This document shows positions 9,651 through 19,406 of a stretch of 64,000 bases of DNA, one piece after another (positions within the stretch are counted from its first letter, which is position 1; each line of letters begins with the position of its first letter). The notes under the pieces are model-generated. The model did not search any database. It had not been told where the DNA came from and worked only from the letters and a program-made list of their open reading frames with translations. The DNA lies in assembly GCA_039028615.1 (NCBI GenBank), contig JBCCHT010000008.1, positions 1-64,000 of the forward strand, given 5' to 3'. This stretch comes from Myxococcota bacterium (GTDB taxonomy: Bacteria; Myxococcota_A; Polyangia; Nannocystales; Nannocystaceae). Made by a program: the position numbers and the translations under genes.

Positions 9651-11753
9651 TTGTCGATGGGGTGGATCATCATGCCCGTCCTCAGCGCTCTCGCTCTCGT
9701 CACCCTCGTCGCGGCCGAGCCCTCGGCCCTGCCTCTTCGCAAGCTCCGGCTCTACGAGACCGGGGTGGGCTATTTCGAGCGGCGAGGCAACGTCGGGGCG
9801 GGCAAAGGCCTCGCCCTACCGCTGCCCGCCACCCATCTCGATGATGCCCTCAAGTCGCTGGTCATCCTCGAGAGCAGCGGCGGGGTCAAAGTCCGCGGCA
9901 TCGAATTCGACAGCGCGGTGAGTGAAGGCATGGCGCGCGCGATGGCGGGCCTGCCCTCCGACGACGGCGAGCCGGTCGCCTACGCCGAGCTCCTGCAGAG
10001 CCTCAAGGGGTCCAAGGTCGAGCTGGCGCTCACCAAGGGCAAGGTCCGCGGACGCCTGGTCGACCTCGAGGGCCCCTTCTTCGCGCCACCACCACAAAAG
10101 GACGGCAAAGCGACCAGCGAGTCCCAGGGCGAGCCCCAGTACACGCTGACCGTGCTCGACGAAGACGACGCGCTCCGACGGATCAAGACCGATCACGTCG
10201 AGGCCATTCGAATCCTCGACGATCGCACCGCGGGGCGCCTCGATCTGGCCGCCACCACCATCTCCCAGCACAGCGCGCGGCAAGGGGCCGAGCTCGAGGT
10301 GCAGGTGGGCTCGGCCGGGCGCCTGGGGCTGGGCTACATCACCGAGGCTCCCGTGTGGCGCACCACCTATCGCGTGGTCATGGGCAGCGAAGACGAAGGT
10401 CAGCTCCAGGCCTGGGCGCTCATCCACAACGACACCGACGAGGACTGGGACTCGGTGATGATCGAGCTGGCCAACGGACGGCCGAGTTCCTTCATGCATC
10501 CGCTCGCCAATCCGCTCTACGCCGAGCGCGAGTTCGTCGACGTACCCGACGGGCTGAGCACGGTGCCGCAGACCGCTCCCGACGTGTGGGGTGGCCTCAC
10601 CGGGTCGGCCTACGGCGTGGGCGGCCTCGGCCTCGTGGGCTCGGGCCGAGGGGGCGGCGGCACGGGTGAAGGCACCATCGGCCTCGGCGATATCGGAACG
10701 ATGGGTCGGGCGGAGGGCGGCAGCGTCGTGCTGGGCGACTTGGCCGACCTGTCGCAGGCCGAAGGCACCGAGGCGGGCGCGCTGTTCCTGTACCGCATCG
10801 CCGATCCCATCGACCTCGACGCGCATCACTCGGCGCTGGTGCCCATCGTGCAGCAAGACTTCGAGGTCCAGCCCATCACGCTGTTTCCCCGCGACGGGGG
10901 CGAGGCACTGAGCGCGGCTCGCCTGGTCAACACCACCTCGCAGACCCTGCCGCCGGGCGCGGTGTCGTTCTTCGCCGAAGGAGGCTTCGTGGGCGAGTCG
11001 ATGTTCGATCGCCTCAAGCCGCACGAGCGACGCTTCATCCCCTACGGCTACGAGCTCGACGTGGAGCTGTCGCGGGAGCGCAGCACCGTGGGCGAGGAGG
11101 TCACCGTGCTGAGGCTCCACGATCAGTCCATCGTCGAGAGCTATGTGCTCGAGTCCGAGATCACGCTGTCGCTCGACAACCGTAGCGGCGGGACCAAGCG
11201 GGTCTACGTCGAGCTCGACGTGCCGCGGCGGGCCGAGCTTCGGGGCGACGACGGGGTCGAGCTCGACTACGACCTCGAGCGCAGCGCGCCGATGGCCGCG
11301 GTGCGAGTGGGCGCCCGCAAGACCGCGGTCCACACCCTCCGCAGCAAAGAGCTGCTCTCACGAGTCCATGCCGATCTCCGGCTCCCCACCCTGGTCGAGC
11401 TGCGCGAGCGCGACGGGGTGCCGCAGGCCCAGGCCAAGCTCCTCGACAGCGCCATCGCCAAGCTCCGCCAGGGCCTGCGTCGCGACGCGGAGATCGCCGA
11501 GGCCGAGACGATCATCGGGCGCACGGAGGCCGACCTCGCCCGCGTACGCAAGCACCTGTCGGCCCTGGGCGAGGCGGGCGGCCGCAGCACGGCGCGGGCC
11601 AAGCTGAGCCGCGAGCTGGTCGAAAAAGAGGAGCAGATCGAGGCGCTCCGCGAGCAGATCGAGGCCGCCACCGACGACGCGGCCCGGGTGCGCAAGCAGG
11701 CGCGCGCGGCTCTGAACCGGCTCAACGAGTGGAAGCCGGCCGCCACGCCGTAG
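9651..11753 (+). CDS. DUF4139-type secreted protein with C-terminal coiled coil
   Basis: LYETGVGYFER, LDDALKSL, WRTTYR, LQAWALIHNDTDEDW motifs typical of DUF4139 proteins; helical tail. Confidence 0.75.
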   Translation: MSMGWIIMPVLSALALVTLVAAEPSALPLRKLRLYETGVGYFERRGNVGAGKGLALPLPATHLDDALKSLVILESSGGVKVRGIEFDSAVSEGMARAMAGLPSDDGEPVAYAELLQSLKGSKVELALTKGKVRGRLVDLEGPFFAPPPQKDGKATSESQGEPQYTLTVLDEDDALRRIKTDHVEAIRILDDRTAGRLDLAATTISQHSARQGAELEVQVGSAGRLGLGYITEAPVWRTTYRVVMGSEDEGQLQAWALIHNDTDEDWDSVMIELANGRPSSFMHPLANPLYAEREFVDVPDGLSTVPQTAPDVWGGLTGSAYGVGGLGLVGSGRGGGGTGEGTIGLGDIGTMGRAEGGSVVLGDLADLSQAEGTEAGALFLYRIADPIDLDAHHSALVPIVQQDFEVQPITLFPRDGGEALSAARLVNTTSQTLPPGAVSFFAEGGFVGESMFDRLKPHERRFIPYGYELDVELSRERSTVGEEVTVLRLHDQSIVESYVLESEITLSLDNRSGGTKRVYVELDVPRRAELRGDDGVELDYDLERSAPMAAVRVGARKTAVHTLRSKELLSRVHADLRLPTLVELRERDGVPQAQAKLLDSAIAKLRQGLRRDAEIAEAETIIGRTEADLARVRKHLSALGEAGGRSTARAKLSRELVEKEEQIEALREQIEAATDDAARVRKQARAALNRLNEWKPAATP

Positions 11754-11780
11754 GCCCGACCCACGCGTGATCCCACGCAT

Positions 11781-11815
11781 GCCGCCGCCCCTTCGGGCGG
11801 CGGTCGTTTTTCTTC
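11781..11815 (+). terminator. Rho-independent terminator
   Basis: GCCGCCGCCC-CTTC-GGGCGGCGGT then CGTTTTTCTT. Confidence 0.75.
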
Positions 11816-11894
11816 GTCAGATTCACCGCGCACGACGGCGAGGGCCCTGCGAGGTCGCGAGCAACCACTCGCACCGACACAGGGACCCTCCGCC

Positions 11895-13031
11895 ATGCCG
11901 ACCCACGACTGTTTCCGAACCGCCCGCTTCGTCGCTCTCCTCGCCGCCCTGCCCACGCTGAGCGTGACTTCGGTCGCCTGCGACAGCGGCGAAGAGGCCG
12001 ACGACCTGGAGATGCGCATCCTCGAGGCGCGCCAGGAGCGAATGCCCGCGCCCACCCCGGAGCCCGAGCCCGAGCCCGAGCCCGTCACCCCCGAGGCGCT
12101 CATCGGACTGTCGCTCGAAGAGGCGGAGTCGATGCTCGCCTGGAACGTCATCTACGAGATGGATCGCCTGCCCTCGGCGGTCCTGCCCTACACCGCCGCG
12201 CCCATCCAGAACCTCAGCAAGGGCTGGTACGCCCACGCGATGCAGTGGAAGGAGTACTCGACCCGGAGCTTCGTGGGGAACGTGCTCGGCAGCACGGTCT
12301 ACGCCTTGGACCTCAACGCCGCGTTTTCCTACATGCAGGGCAACGGCCTGTACCACTGGAGCGTGGGCACCCAAAGCGAGGTCCGGGCCAACGCGCTCGA
12401 GGCGGGCCCCACGTCGTGGAACGGCGCGCCCATCTTCAACGCCGACCCTCCCGGCACCTGGATGTTCCACAACGAGCCCGACCCCGCGAAGGGCTTGGTC
12501 TACGCCGCCCTGGTCATGCACTACTGGGGCAGCCCCGTGTACCACAACGCCAGCTACGTGCAGTCCTCCGCCTACAACGCCGAAGGCAGCATCATCCGCA
12601 CCATCGCGCTGGAGGAGCTGGAGTTCATGCTCAACGCGCCCGACCTGCTCTCGGCCTGCTTGCTGCCGCAGAGCACCTCGCCCAGCGTTGCGCTGTCCAC
12701 CGTACCCAACTGTGCCGGGAGTACCGCGGTCCTACACGACGACATCGTGGCGACCTGGAACATCTCCACGCCGTGGACGGCCAACTTCGTGCCCTACGAG
12801 GAGGCCATCAGCCTCGACCCGGCCCATCTCATCCAAGCCTGGAACCACTCCTCCACGCTCGGCAACCTCGTGTTCGACCCGCCCGCCGATGCGACCGACG
12901 AGGACTTCGCCGCCCTCGACATGATCGCCGAGGCCATGAAGGACCAAGTCCTGATCGAAGACGAAAGCGGCACGCTGGTGCGCCTGAGCGACTACGCAGC
13001 CGAGATGGAAATCGAGCCCGTCGAAGGCTGA
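11895..13031 (+). CDS. Hypothetical lipoprotein
   Basis: SVAC lipobox, (PE)n linker, aromatic-rich globular region; family not recognised. Confidence 0.75.
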   Translation: MPTHDCFRTARFVALLAALPTLSVTSVACDSGEEADDLEMRILEARQERMPAPTPEPEPEPEPVTPEALIGLSLEEAESMLAWNVIYEMDRLPSAVLPYTAAPIQNLSKGWYAHAMQWKEYSTRSFVGNVLGSTVYALDLNAAFSYMQGNGLYHWSVGTQSEVRANALEAGPTSWNGAPIFNADPPGTWMFHNEPDPAKGLVYAALVMHYWGSPVYHNASYVQSSAYNAEGSIIRTIALEELEFMLNAPDLLSACLLPQSTSPSVALSTVPNCAGSTAVLHDDIVATWNISTPWTANFVPYEEAISLDPAHLIQAWNHSSTLGNLVFDPPADATDEDFAALDMIAEAMKDQVLIEDESGTLVRLSDYAAEMEIEPVEG

Positions 13032-13059
13032 ATCCACAGCCGCCACCCACCACCACCCG

Positions 13060-13095
13060 GAGCCCGCCACGAGCGATCGTGGCGGGCTCTTTCTC
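13060..13095 (+). terminator. Rho-independent terminator
   Basis: GAGCCCGCCACGA-GCGA-TCGTGGCGGGCTC perfect 13-bp stem followed by TTTCT. Confidence 0.75.
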
Positions 13096-13265
13096 GTTGG
13101 GAGCACCCGAACTAGAGCGGGCTGTCCTTGCCCGTCAGCCAGGCCAATAGACCCAGCCCGACGATCAACAGCAGCCAGAACACCATGCGACGCCAAGACA
13201 CGGGCAGATCGTAGCACCCGGAGCGCGGCCGCCCCAAGCCGACGGCCCGATCGAGAGCGCGGCCC

Positions 13266-13670
13266 TCAGCCGCTGCTTCCGCTGCTGAATCCCGGGTCCA
13301 TGGTGGTCCCCTCGGTCATGTCGTCGGTCGTGGTGCCCCCGAAGGAGCTGGTGCCCTCGGTGAACGACTCGGTCTCTCCTGCCGTGGTCCCGCCGCCGCC
13401 CGTCTGGGTCGAGCCGCCCACGTCGAAGCCGGTCGTCCCGGCATCGAAGCCGGTCGTGCCGACCGAGTCGAGGCCGGTCGTGCCGAAGCCGCCGTCGCTG
13501 CCGCCCGTGGTCGGGGTGGCGGTCGAGCTCGCGCTGGTGCCCGAAAACGGGCCCGTCGATGCGCCCGCCGACCCGGCGGAGGCCCGCTCACCGACGATGG
13601 CGGGATCGAGCTGACAGCCCCCGAGCACGACTGCGAGCACACCCCCGGGCCCGAAGTGCCGAGACCTCAT
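13266..13670 (-). CDS. Gly/Thr/Ser-rich low-complexity lipoprotein
   Basis: ATG 13670 overlaps upstream stop (ATGA); VLGGC lipobox; TTG(F/L)D repeats. Confidence 0.65.
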   Translation of the reverse strand: MRSRHFGPGGVLAVVLGGCQLDPAIVGERASAGSAGASTGPFSGTSASSTATPTTGGSDGGFGTTGLDSVGTTGFDAGTTGFDVGGSTQTGGGGTTAGETESFTEGTSSFGGTTTDDMTEGTTMDPGFSSGSSG

Positions 13671-14503
13671 GGGCGGGCACACGACCGGGCGATGCGAGCG
13701 TTCCAGCCCGAGTCGGGATAGCTCCGCGCATAGCGTGCGGCCGCCGTGCGGGCCTCCGGTACGCGCTCCAGAGCACACAGGGCGTCGATCTCGAGCAAGC
13801 CTCGCTCCGGGCCCAGCGCGCCTTCGGGAAAGCGTTGGGCATGGCTACGCGCCAGCTCGAGCGCGCGCTCGGAGTCGCCGCGGTTCATCGCTCCTCGGGC
13901 ACGCCGCAACAGCGCGGCCTCCTCGATGATCGACGAGGGCTCGGGTGCTTCGACGGGCTCCGGCACGGCCGCGTTCGGGCTCGGCGTTCGCTTGCCCGAC
14001 GAACGCCCGCTCGATCGCCGGGGTGCGGGCTCGTCGATCGCGGGGCTGGGCGCAGGCGGCTCCTCGGGCTCCACCACGGCCGAGTCTACGGCTTCGGGCA
14101 CGACCTCCGACCGCGGCGTCGTTCGAGCCTTCCGCCCCGTCGTCGTGGCCTTGCGCGGGGCTTCCCGCGAGACCGCCTCGCCCGGGGTCGACGGGCGCAC
14201 GGCAAAGTCCGACGCCTGCGATCCGCTCGGCGCCACCTCGGTCCGCGTCAGCACGCCGCCGAGATCGGCTCCGATGAAGAGCAACAAGCCCGCCGCCGCG
14301 AGCCCGAGCACGATCGCGACGCCTCGATACGATCGCGAGGGGGCCGGCTCGGGCTCGGCGGCGTGGAGGGATGGACCGGCATCCCCCTGGGCAATTCGTT
14401 CGCCGAGCGCGTCCCACAGCTCGGCCCGCGCCTCGGTGCTGGGGCTCGCGCGGTGGCGATAGGCCTCGTAGGCGCGCCGCAAGGAGTCGTCGGGCTCGGT
14501 CAT
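13667..14503 (-). CDS. Putative anti-sigma / sigma partner: single TM, Pro-rich linker, C-terminal TPR-like helical domain
   Basis: ATG 14503 overlaps sigma stop (ATGA); TM GVAIVLGLAAAGLLLFIG; C-terminal EEAALLRRAR...HAQRFPEG..ER...ALC. Confidence 0.75.
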   Translation of the reverse strand: MTEPDDSLRRAYEAYRHRASPSTEARAELWDALGERIAQGDAGPSLHAAEPEPAPSRSYRGVAIVLGLAAAGLLLFIGADLGGVLTRTEVAPSGSQASDFAVRPSTPGEAVSREAPRKATTTGRKARTTPRSEVVPEAVDSAVVEPEEPPAPSPAIDEPAPRRSSGRSSGKRTPSPNAAVPEPVEAPEPSSIIEEAALLRRARGAMNRGDSERALELARSHAQRFPEGALGPERGLLEIDALCALERVPEARTAAARYARSYPDSGWNARIARSCARP

Positions 14504-15051
14504 GCGGAGTCTCCTACGTCGGAGGAAAGGGCGGCGAGGCGCTCGCGCAGCTTGGCGCGGGCGAGGCGTACTCGGGAGTAAATGGTATTGCGAGAGACGC
14601 CGAGGGTGCGAGCGACCTCGGCCGGGGCGAGCCCCTCGATGTCGACCAGCACCAGCGCGTCGCGTTGATCTTCGTCGAGGCCGTCGATGCAGCGCGCGAC
14701 CAGGTCGCCCAGCTCCATGCGCTCGGCTTCGGGGGCATCGGCCTGCGGCGGAGGCAGGAGCTCCAGGCGTCGGCGTCGACGAGCTGAGGCCCGCAGGTGA
14801 TTGCGCACCACCCCGCGGCAGATCCCCGCCAGCCACGCCCGCATCGACGCGCGACCATCGAAGTCGGGCAGGCGCCGATGCACCACGAGGAATACGTCCT
14901 GGGCCACGTCGGGCACGGCCTCGCGGGGCACGCCCATGCGCGCCACCACCCGCCACACGAAGCCGATGTGCTCCTGGTAGACGGCCGCCAGCTCCTCGAG
15001 GGCAGGCGCAGGGCGCCCGTCGCGATCCGAGCTGTGGCGGTGGCGAGCCAT
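14500..15051 (-). CDS. ECF-type RNA polymerase sigma factor
   Basis: sigma2 DVAQDVFLVVHR..AWL; sigma4 EGLAPAEVARTLGVSRNTIYSRVRLAR; ATG 15051 preferred over GTG 15093. Confidence 0.92.
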   Translation of the reverse strand: MARHRHSSDRDGRPAPALEELAAVYQEHIGFVWRVVARMGVPREAVPDVAQDVFLVVHRRLPDFDGRASMRAWLAGICRGVVRNHLRASARRRRRLELLPPPQADAPEAERMELGDLVARCIDGLDEDQRDALVLVDIEGLAPAEVARTLGVSRNTIYSRVRLARAKLRERLAALSSDVGDSA

Positions 15052-15066
15052 GTCCACGCAAGACGA

Positions 15067-15094
15067 TTGTCCGCCGCGGCGCTCGATTGTCACG
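15067..15094 (-). promoter_or_regulatory. Putative ECF promoter CGTGACAA-N14-GGACAA (autoregulatory copy)
   Basis: Minus strand CGTGACAATCGAGCGCCGCGGCGGACAA just upstream of the sigma ATG; same elements and spacing as 16764-16791. Confidence 0.65.
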
Positions 15095-16136
15095 GCAGCC
15101 GCAACTCCAGTCCGACGGAGATCCGGCCCCCGACCGGCGGCGCTCGCACGATCTCGGTGACGCCGCCGCCATCGAGGAAGCCGAAGGCGGGGCGCACGAG
15201 CGGTACGATCCCGCGCGCGGCCAGCAGAACGGCCAAACGGGGGCCTACGGGGACGGTGAGGCCCACCGAGGCGATCGCCGCCGCCCAGGGTTCGGTGGCG
15301 GCGCGGGGCGCCTGGAGGCCATCGCCCTGCCCACGCATGAGGCCGACCGCGCCGCCGCCACAGATGGGGATCTCGAAGCGGCCGGGGCTCGGAACCCCGC
15401 AGCCGAGCACCTCGCCCGCGAATAGCCAGACGTTGGCGGCGTCGACGACCGCGCCGCCCGGGGCCACGACGCGCCGCGGCAGCCCGGTGAGCACGCCTCC
15501 CGTCAGCCGCCAGGGCCCACGCATCCAGCCCGCACGAGCACCGAGCGCCAGGGATGCGGTGTCGATCAGCGAGAAGTCGGCCCCGACCTCAGCCGCGAGG
15601 GTGAACCGACTACGAGGCGGCTTCGGTTCATCGTCGGTCGGCTCGGCGGAGTTCTCCGGCTCCGCGGGCTCGGGCTCCGGCTCGACCTCGGGCTCCTCGG
15701 GCGGCGGCTCGGCCTCGGGCGCCGCTTCGGGTTCGGGCTCCGGCTCCAGCGGCTCTTCCCCGAGCCCGACCGCGGCTGGAGCGATGGCAAAGCCCACGAT
15801 GAGCGCCGCCCCTTCCGCCAAGGCTTCACAATCCGCCGCCTCCAAGTGACGACGCACGACCGCCTCGCCGTCGTCGACCGCCAGCTCGAGCGCATAGCCA
15901 CGACGAACGTCCCCGGTCACCTGCCCCTGCACGGAGACCGGAGAGTTCGAGTCGCTGCCCGCCACGTCGCCCACGATCTCGAAGACACGTCGACGCAAGG
16001 CCGGCGTGTCTTCGCATTCGGAGGGCGCGTTCCACTGAAGGCGCAGGTCGACGACCTCAGCGGGTGAACCACCGAGCAGCGCGAGCACGATCGTCGACGC
16101 CACGCTCATGGGGATGGATGGCAGGGCGAGGGCCAC
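15090..16136 (-). CDS. Secreted protein with N-terminal Cys domain, PE-rich linker and C-terminal beta-rich (possible outer-membrane barrel) region
   Basis: Signal peptide; WNAPSEC..AADCEALA motif; amphipathic beta strands ending GLELRLP; start may be ATG 16109. Confidence 0.7.
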   Translation of the reverse strand: MALALPSIPMSVASTIVLALLGGSPAEVVDLRLQWNAPSECEDTPALRRRVFEIVGDVAGSDSNSPVSVQGQVTGDVRRGYALELAVDDGEAVVRRHLEAADCEALAEGAALIVGFAIAPAAVGLGEEPLEPEPEPEAAPEAEPPPEEPEVEPEPEPAEPENSAEPTDDEPKPPRSRFTLAAEVGADFSLIDTASLALGARAGWMRGPWRLTGGVLTGLPRRVVAPGGAVVDAANVWLFAGEVLGCGVPSPGRFEIPICGGGAVGLMRGQGDGLQAPRAATEPWAAAIASVGLTVPVGPRLAVLLAARGIVPLVRPAFGFLDGGGVTEIVRAPPVGGRISVGLELRLP

Positions 16137-16158
16137 CCCTTCAGCGGCTCAGCGAATT

Positions 16159-16752
16159 TCAATCGGTATCCCCTTCGGTGCCGCCCCACGGCCCACCCGT
16201 GGTGCCTGGCCAGGGATCGCCGGTCGAGCCACCCCACGGATCCCCCGTCGTGCCGCCCCACGGTCCCCCCGTCGAGCCGCCCCACGGATCGCCCGTGGTG
16301 CCCGGCCAAGGGTCGCCCGTCCCCCAGCCCGGGTCCCCGGTGGACCCTCCCCAAGGTCCACCGGAAGACCCGGCACCAGGACCGTCACTCGTTCCCGCCC
16401 CACCATCGGATCCACCCGTCGCGGTGGTCTGCATCCCCGTGTCCGCGCCTCCGTCGTCGGAGCCGCTGGTCGCCGTCGTGTGCATTCCCGTGTCCGCAGC
16501 GTCGCCATCGTCGGAGCCGCTGGTCGCCGTCGTGAACATCCCCGTATCCCCGCCCGCGCCCGAGGTCGCCGAGACCCCGCCCGATTCGCCACCCCCCGAG
16601 GTCGCGCCCGCACCCGAGGTACCCGAGGCGGAGGCTGCCCCGGTGCTGCCTCCAGTAACGGGATCGCAGCCGAGGCCGAGGAACAAGACGACGGGTATCA
16701 CCGTCCACGATGAGATCTTCGTTGGGTTCTTCATGACTGGAGGGGCTGACAT
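16159..16752 (-). CDS. Low-complexity repeat lipoprotein
   Basis: LGLGC lipobox; three DTGMxTTATxGSD repeats and about eight PWxG(S/T)TG(D/G) octapeptides. Confidence 0.75.
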   Translation of the reverse strand: MSAPPVMKNPTKISSWTVIPVVLFLGLGCDPVTGGSTGAASASGTSGAGATSGGGESGGVSATSGAGGDTGMFTTATSGSDDGDAADTGMHTTATSGSDDGGADTGMQTTATGGSDGGAGTSDGPGAGSSGGPWGGSTGDPGWGTGDPWPGTTGDPWGGSTGGPWGGTTGDPWGGSTGDPWPGTTGGPWGGTEGDTD

Positions 16753-16763
16753 TCATCTGGGGG

Positions 16764-16791
16764 TTGTCCGCAGACGAAGGCCGTTGTCACG
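16764..16791 (-). promoter_or_regulatory. Putative ECF promoter CGTGACAA-N14-GGACAA (operon start)
   Basis: Minus strand CGTGACAACGGCCTTCGTCTGCGGACAA, 11 nt upstream of ATG 16752. Confidence 0.65.
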
Positions 16792-16891
16792 AGCCCGAAG
16801 AAAAACCATCCCTCCGCGTCCACGCGAAGGCACACGACGATGCAGCCGCCCACCGCTCGGCGGCCGGGCGCGCCCTCTCACCCGCCCGGGA

Positions 16892-17788
16892 TCAAGCGAC
16901 CGGGAACCAGCCTGCGACGGGGCGCGGCGGCTTGCCGCAGCTGGGCGGCGCCTGGCCCCCCAGTTCCCGTCGCTCGACTCGGACCTCGAAGCGCTGCCCT
17001 TGCTGGTCGCTCAGCGTCACCACGACCTGCCCGTCGCTCTCCACATGCTCGACGGACGCCAACGCATCGCTATCGACCAGCCCGTGCTCGCGACGCCAGA
17101 AGGTCTCCGCCGCTTGCTCGGGGCATGAAAGCGCGGTGCGACCCCGCAGGCGATCGAGCCGGTCGATGCGCCCCGCCACGATCGCCTCGGCCAAGGCCGG
17201 CACCTCGTCGGCGCTGACCCGGCCGTAGCACAGCCCGCGGGGCAGCTCGAGCAAGGTCGCCGCAAAGCGATGACCGCCCAGATGCGTCGTGTGCCATACC
17301 TCGACGCCCTCTTGCCGCTCGAAGGCCTTGGCCACGGGAATGCCCTCGACCGAGCAACACACGTCGCGACGCCCGTTGGTGCACACCAGCACCATGGGTC
17401 GCTCCACCGCTTGCGCGCCCTCGGGCGTCTGCCCGCGACGGATCGCCTCGATGATCGCCGGGGCATCGAACTCGAGCAACGCATCGGCCTGCGGCACGAT
17501 CCATTCGAAGATCCGCGCCCCATCGAGCCCGCTGGTGCCCAGCCAAAAGTGCAGCGGCCCCTCGCAGCGACCGGTATGGCGCACGAACTGGATCCGCGAC
17601 CCCTGCAGCGCCTTCTCCCACGACATCAGGTGCTGCTTGACCGCGTCGCTCAGCGTGCTCTCGGGCAAGGCCTTGGCCCCCCACGCCTCGCGGTACTCGA
17701 GGACGATCCACACCGAGGTCGACTCGGCCGCGCTGCCCTCGATGGGCTCGTGGTGGATTCGCGAAGCTTCGCAGCAAGTGTCGGACAT
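16892..17788 (-). CDS. Sucrase/ferredoxin-like protein
   Basis: LVCTNGRRDVCC, VWHTTHLGGHRFA, YGR motifs. Confidence 0.88.
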   Translation of the reverse strand: MSDTCCEASRIHHEPIEGSAAESTSVWIVLEYREAWGAKALPESTLSDAVKQHLMSWEKALQGSRIQFVRHTGRCEGPLHFWLGTSGLDGARIFEWIVPQADALLEFDAPAIIEAIRRGQTPEGAQAVERPMVLVCTNGRRDVCCSVEGIPVAKAFERQEGVEVWHTTHLGGHRFAATLLELPRGLCYGRVSADEVPALAEAIVAGRIDRLDRLRGRTALSCPEQAAETFWRREHGLVDSDALASVEHVESDGQVVVTLSDQQGQRFEVRVERRELGGQAPPSCGKPPRPVAGWFPVA

Positions 17789-17832
17789 CGGCGGGTCGAG
17801 TGTAGCCCGACTCCGATCGCCCGCAGAGCGAA

Positions 17833-19350
17833 TCAGTGCACGGGCTCGGCCGGCTGCTCGCGCTGCGGCGCGGCCACGGGCACGGACTGCCGCGAGATGG
17901 CCTTGGGACCCGCCATCAACCCCACCACGCGCTCGATGAGCATGAGCTGCTCTTGCTGGAGATCGGGCAGGCGCACGGCCAGCGCCAGGCGCAGCTCCGC
18001 CCGCTCTTCTCCGGGGATCGGCAGCGACAGCGCCGCCCAGGTCGAATCCGAGCTGCCCTCTTCCACGACGGTGGCGTGCCCCTTGCGGACCTCGAAGCCG
18101 GGCACGCCGAGCCGCTGCAAGAGGTCACCCACGTCGGGGGCGAGCCGACGCCAGCGCCCGGGGCCCTGGTCTTCGTCCTCTTCTTGGTTCAGCCGCTCGA
18201 TGCCCGCGAGGATCTCCATGACCTCGCGCCTGCGATCGCGCCAGCCCACCCGACGCTCGCCCGTGAACGCGGGCAGCCGTCGCAGCAAGCGGTGATAGCC
18301 GAGCGCCACCGAGGCCACCACGAGGGCGACCACCGTGCCCAGCAGGGTCCACCACCCGCCGACGCCGATGACGTTGAGGTAGCCCAGCACGGCGAACATC
18401 GCGGTGCAGGCCCACAGCACGGCCACGGTGGTCGCGTGCGAAAGACCCCGCGCCAGCAGGCGATGGTGCACGTGATCGGAGTCGCTGGCGAAGATCGGCT
18501 GCCCCCGTAGCTTGCGGCGCAGCACCGCCATGCCCATGTCGAAGAAGGGCACGGTGAGGACCAGCCAGGGGATGGAGAACTGCAGCTCGGCCACGCGCCA
18601 GCGCACCGGGCGGGTGTGCAGCAGCAGCGCGGCGAGCAAGAAGCCCAGCAGGTAGCTGCCCGCGTCGCCCATGAAGACCTTGGCGGGGTGGCGGTTGAAC
18701 ACCAAAAAGCCGCCCACCGCCCCCAGGGCGCAGGCCGTCGTCCACGAAACCGCCAGGTTGACCGACCCCACCGAGGGAGCCGAGACGATGGAGATCAGCA
18801 CCACCGCGAAGCCGATGAACACGATGCCGCCCGCCAGCCCGTCGAGCCCGTCCATGAGGTTGACGGCATTGACCGCGGCCACGAGGAAACCGACGGTGAG
18901 CACGGGAGTGATCCACCAGTACTCCCAGCCCACCAGAAGCTCGAGCGCCGGCCAATGCAATCCATAGAGCACCGCGATGGATGCCGCCACGACCTGCAGC
19001 AGCAGTTTGTGTCGTGCTCGCAGGCCTACGAGGTCGTCGTAGAGCCCGGTCAGGCCCACGATGAGCGCCCCGAGCAGGGCCCCGGTGAGCGGACTGACCG
19101 ACAGCAGGTGATGGGTGAGGCTGAACTCGTGGTTGCCGGCCATCCCCACCAGCAGCATCACGCCGAAGCCGAAGAGCATCACCAGGCCGCCCGCGCGAGG
19201 AATCTCGCCGGTATGAACCTTGCGAAGGCTCACCTCTTGGTCGCGGCGCCCCAGCGCCCGCCAACCGCGAAGCACCAGGGGCATCGTGATCGCCGTGATC
19301 GCGAACGACCCCACGGCGCCCACCCACAACATGTCGAGCGAAGCCTTCAT
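17833..19350 (-). CDS. WecA/MraY family (glycosyltransferase 4) polyprenyl-phosphate HexNAc-1-phosphate transferase with C-terminal extension
   Basis: PRAGG, GLYDD, NAVNLMDGLDGL, FNRHPAKVFMGDAGS, DHVHHRL; many TM helices. Confidence 0.9.
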   Translation of the reverse strand: MKASLDMLWVGAVGSFAITAITMPLVLRGWRALGRRDQEVSLRKVHTGEIPRAGGLVMLFGFGVMLLVGMAGNHEFSLTHHLLSVSPLTGALLGALIVGLTGLYDDLVGLRARHKLLLQVVAASIAVLYGLHWPALELLVGWEYWWITPVLTVGFLVAAVNAVNLMDGLDGLAGGIVFIGFAVVLISIVSAPSVGSVNLAVSWTTACALGAVGGFLVFNRHPAKVFMGDAGSYLLGFLLAALLLHTRPVRWRVAELQFSIPWLVLTVPFFDMGMAVLRRKLRGQPIFASDSDHVHHRLLARGLSHATTVAVLWACTAMFAVLGYLNVIGVGGWWTLLGTVVALVVASVALGYHRLLRRLPAFTGERRVGWRDRRREVMEILAGIERLNQEEDEDQGPGRWRRLAPDVGDLLQRLGVPGFEVRKGHATVVEEGSSDSTWAALSLPIPGEERAELRLALAVRLPDLQQEQLMLIERVVGLMAGPKAISRQSVPVAAPQREQPAEPVH

Positions 19351-19406
19351 CGTGCTTCCCTCGACCCGGTGGACGCCATTTCACCCCAGCTATAGCATGG
19401 AACCCA

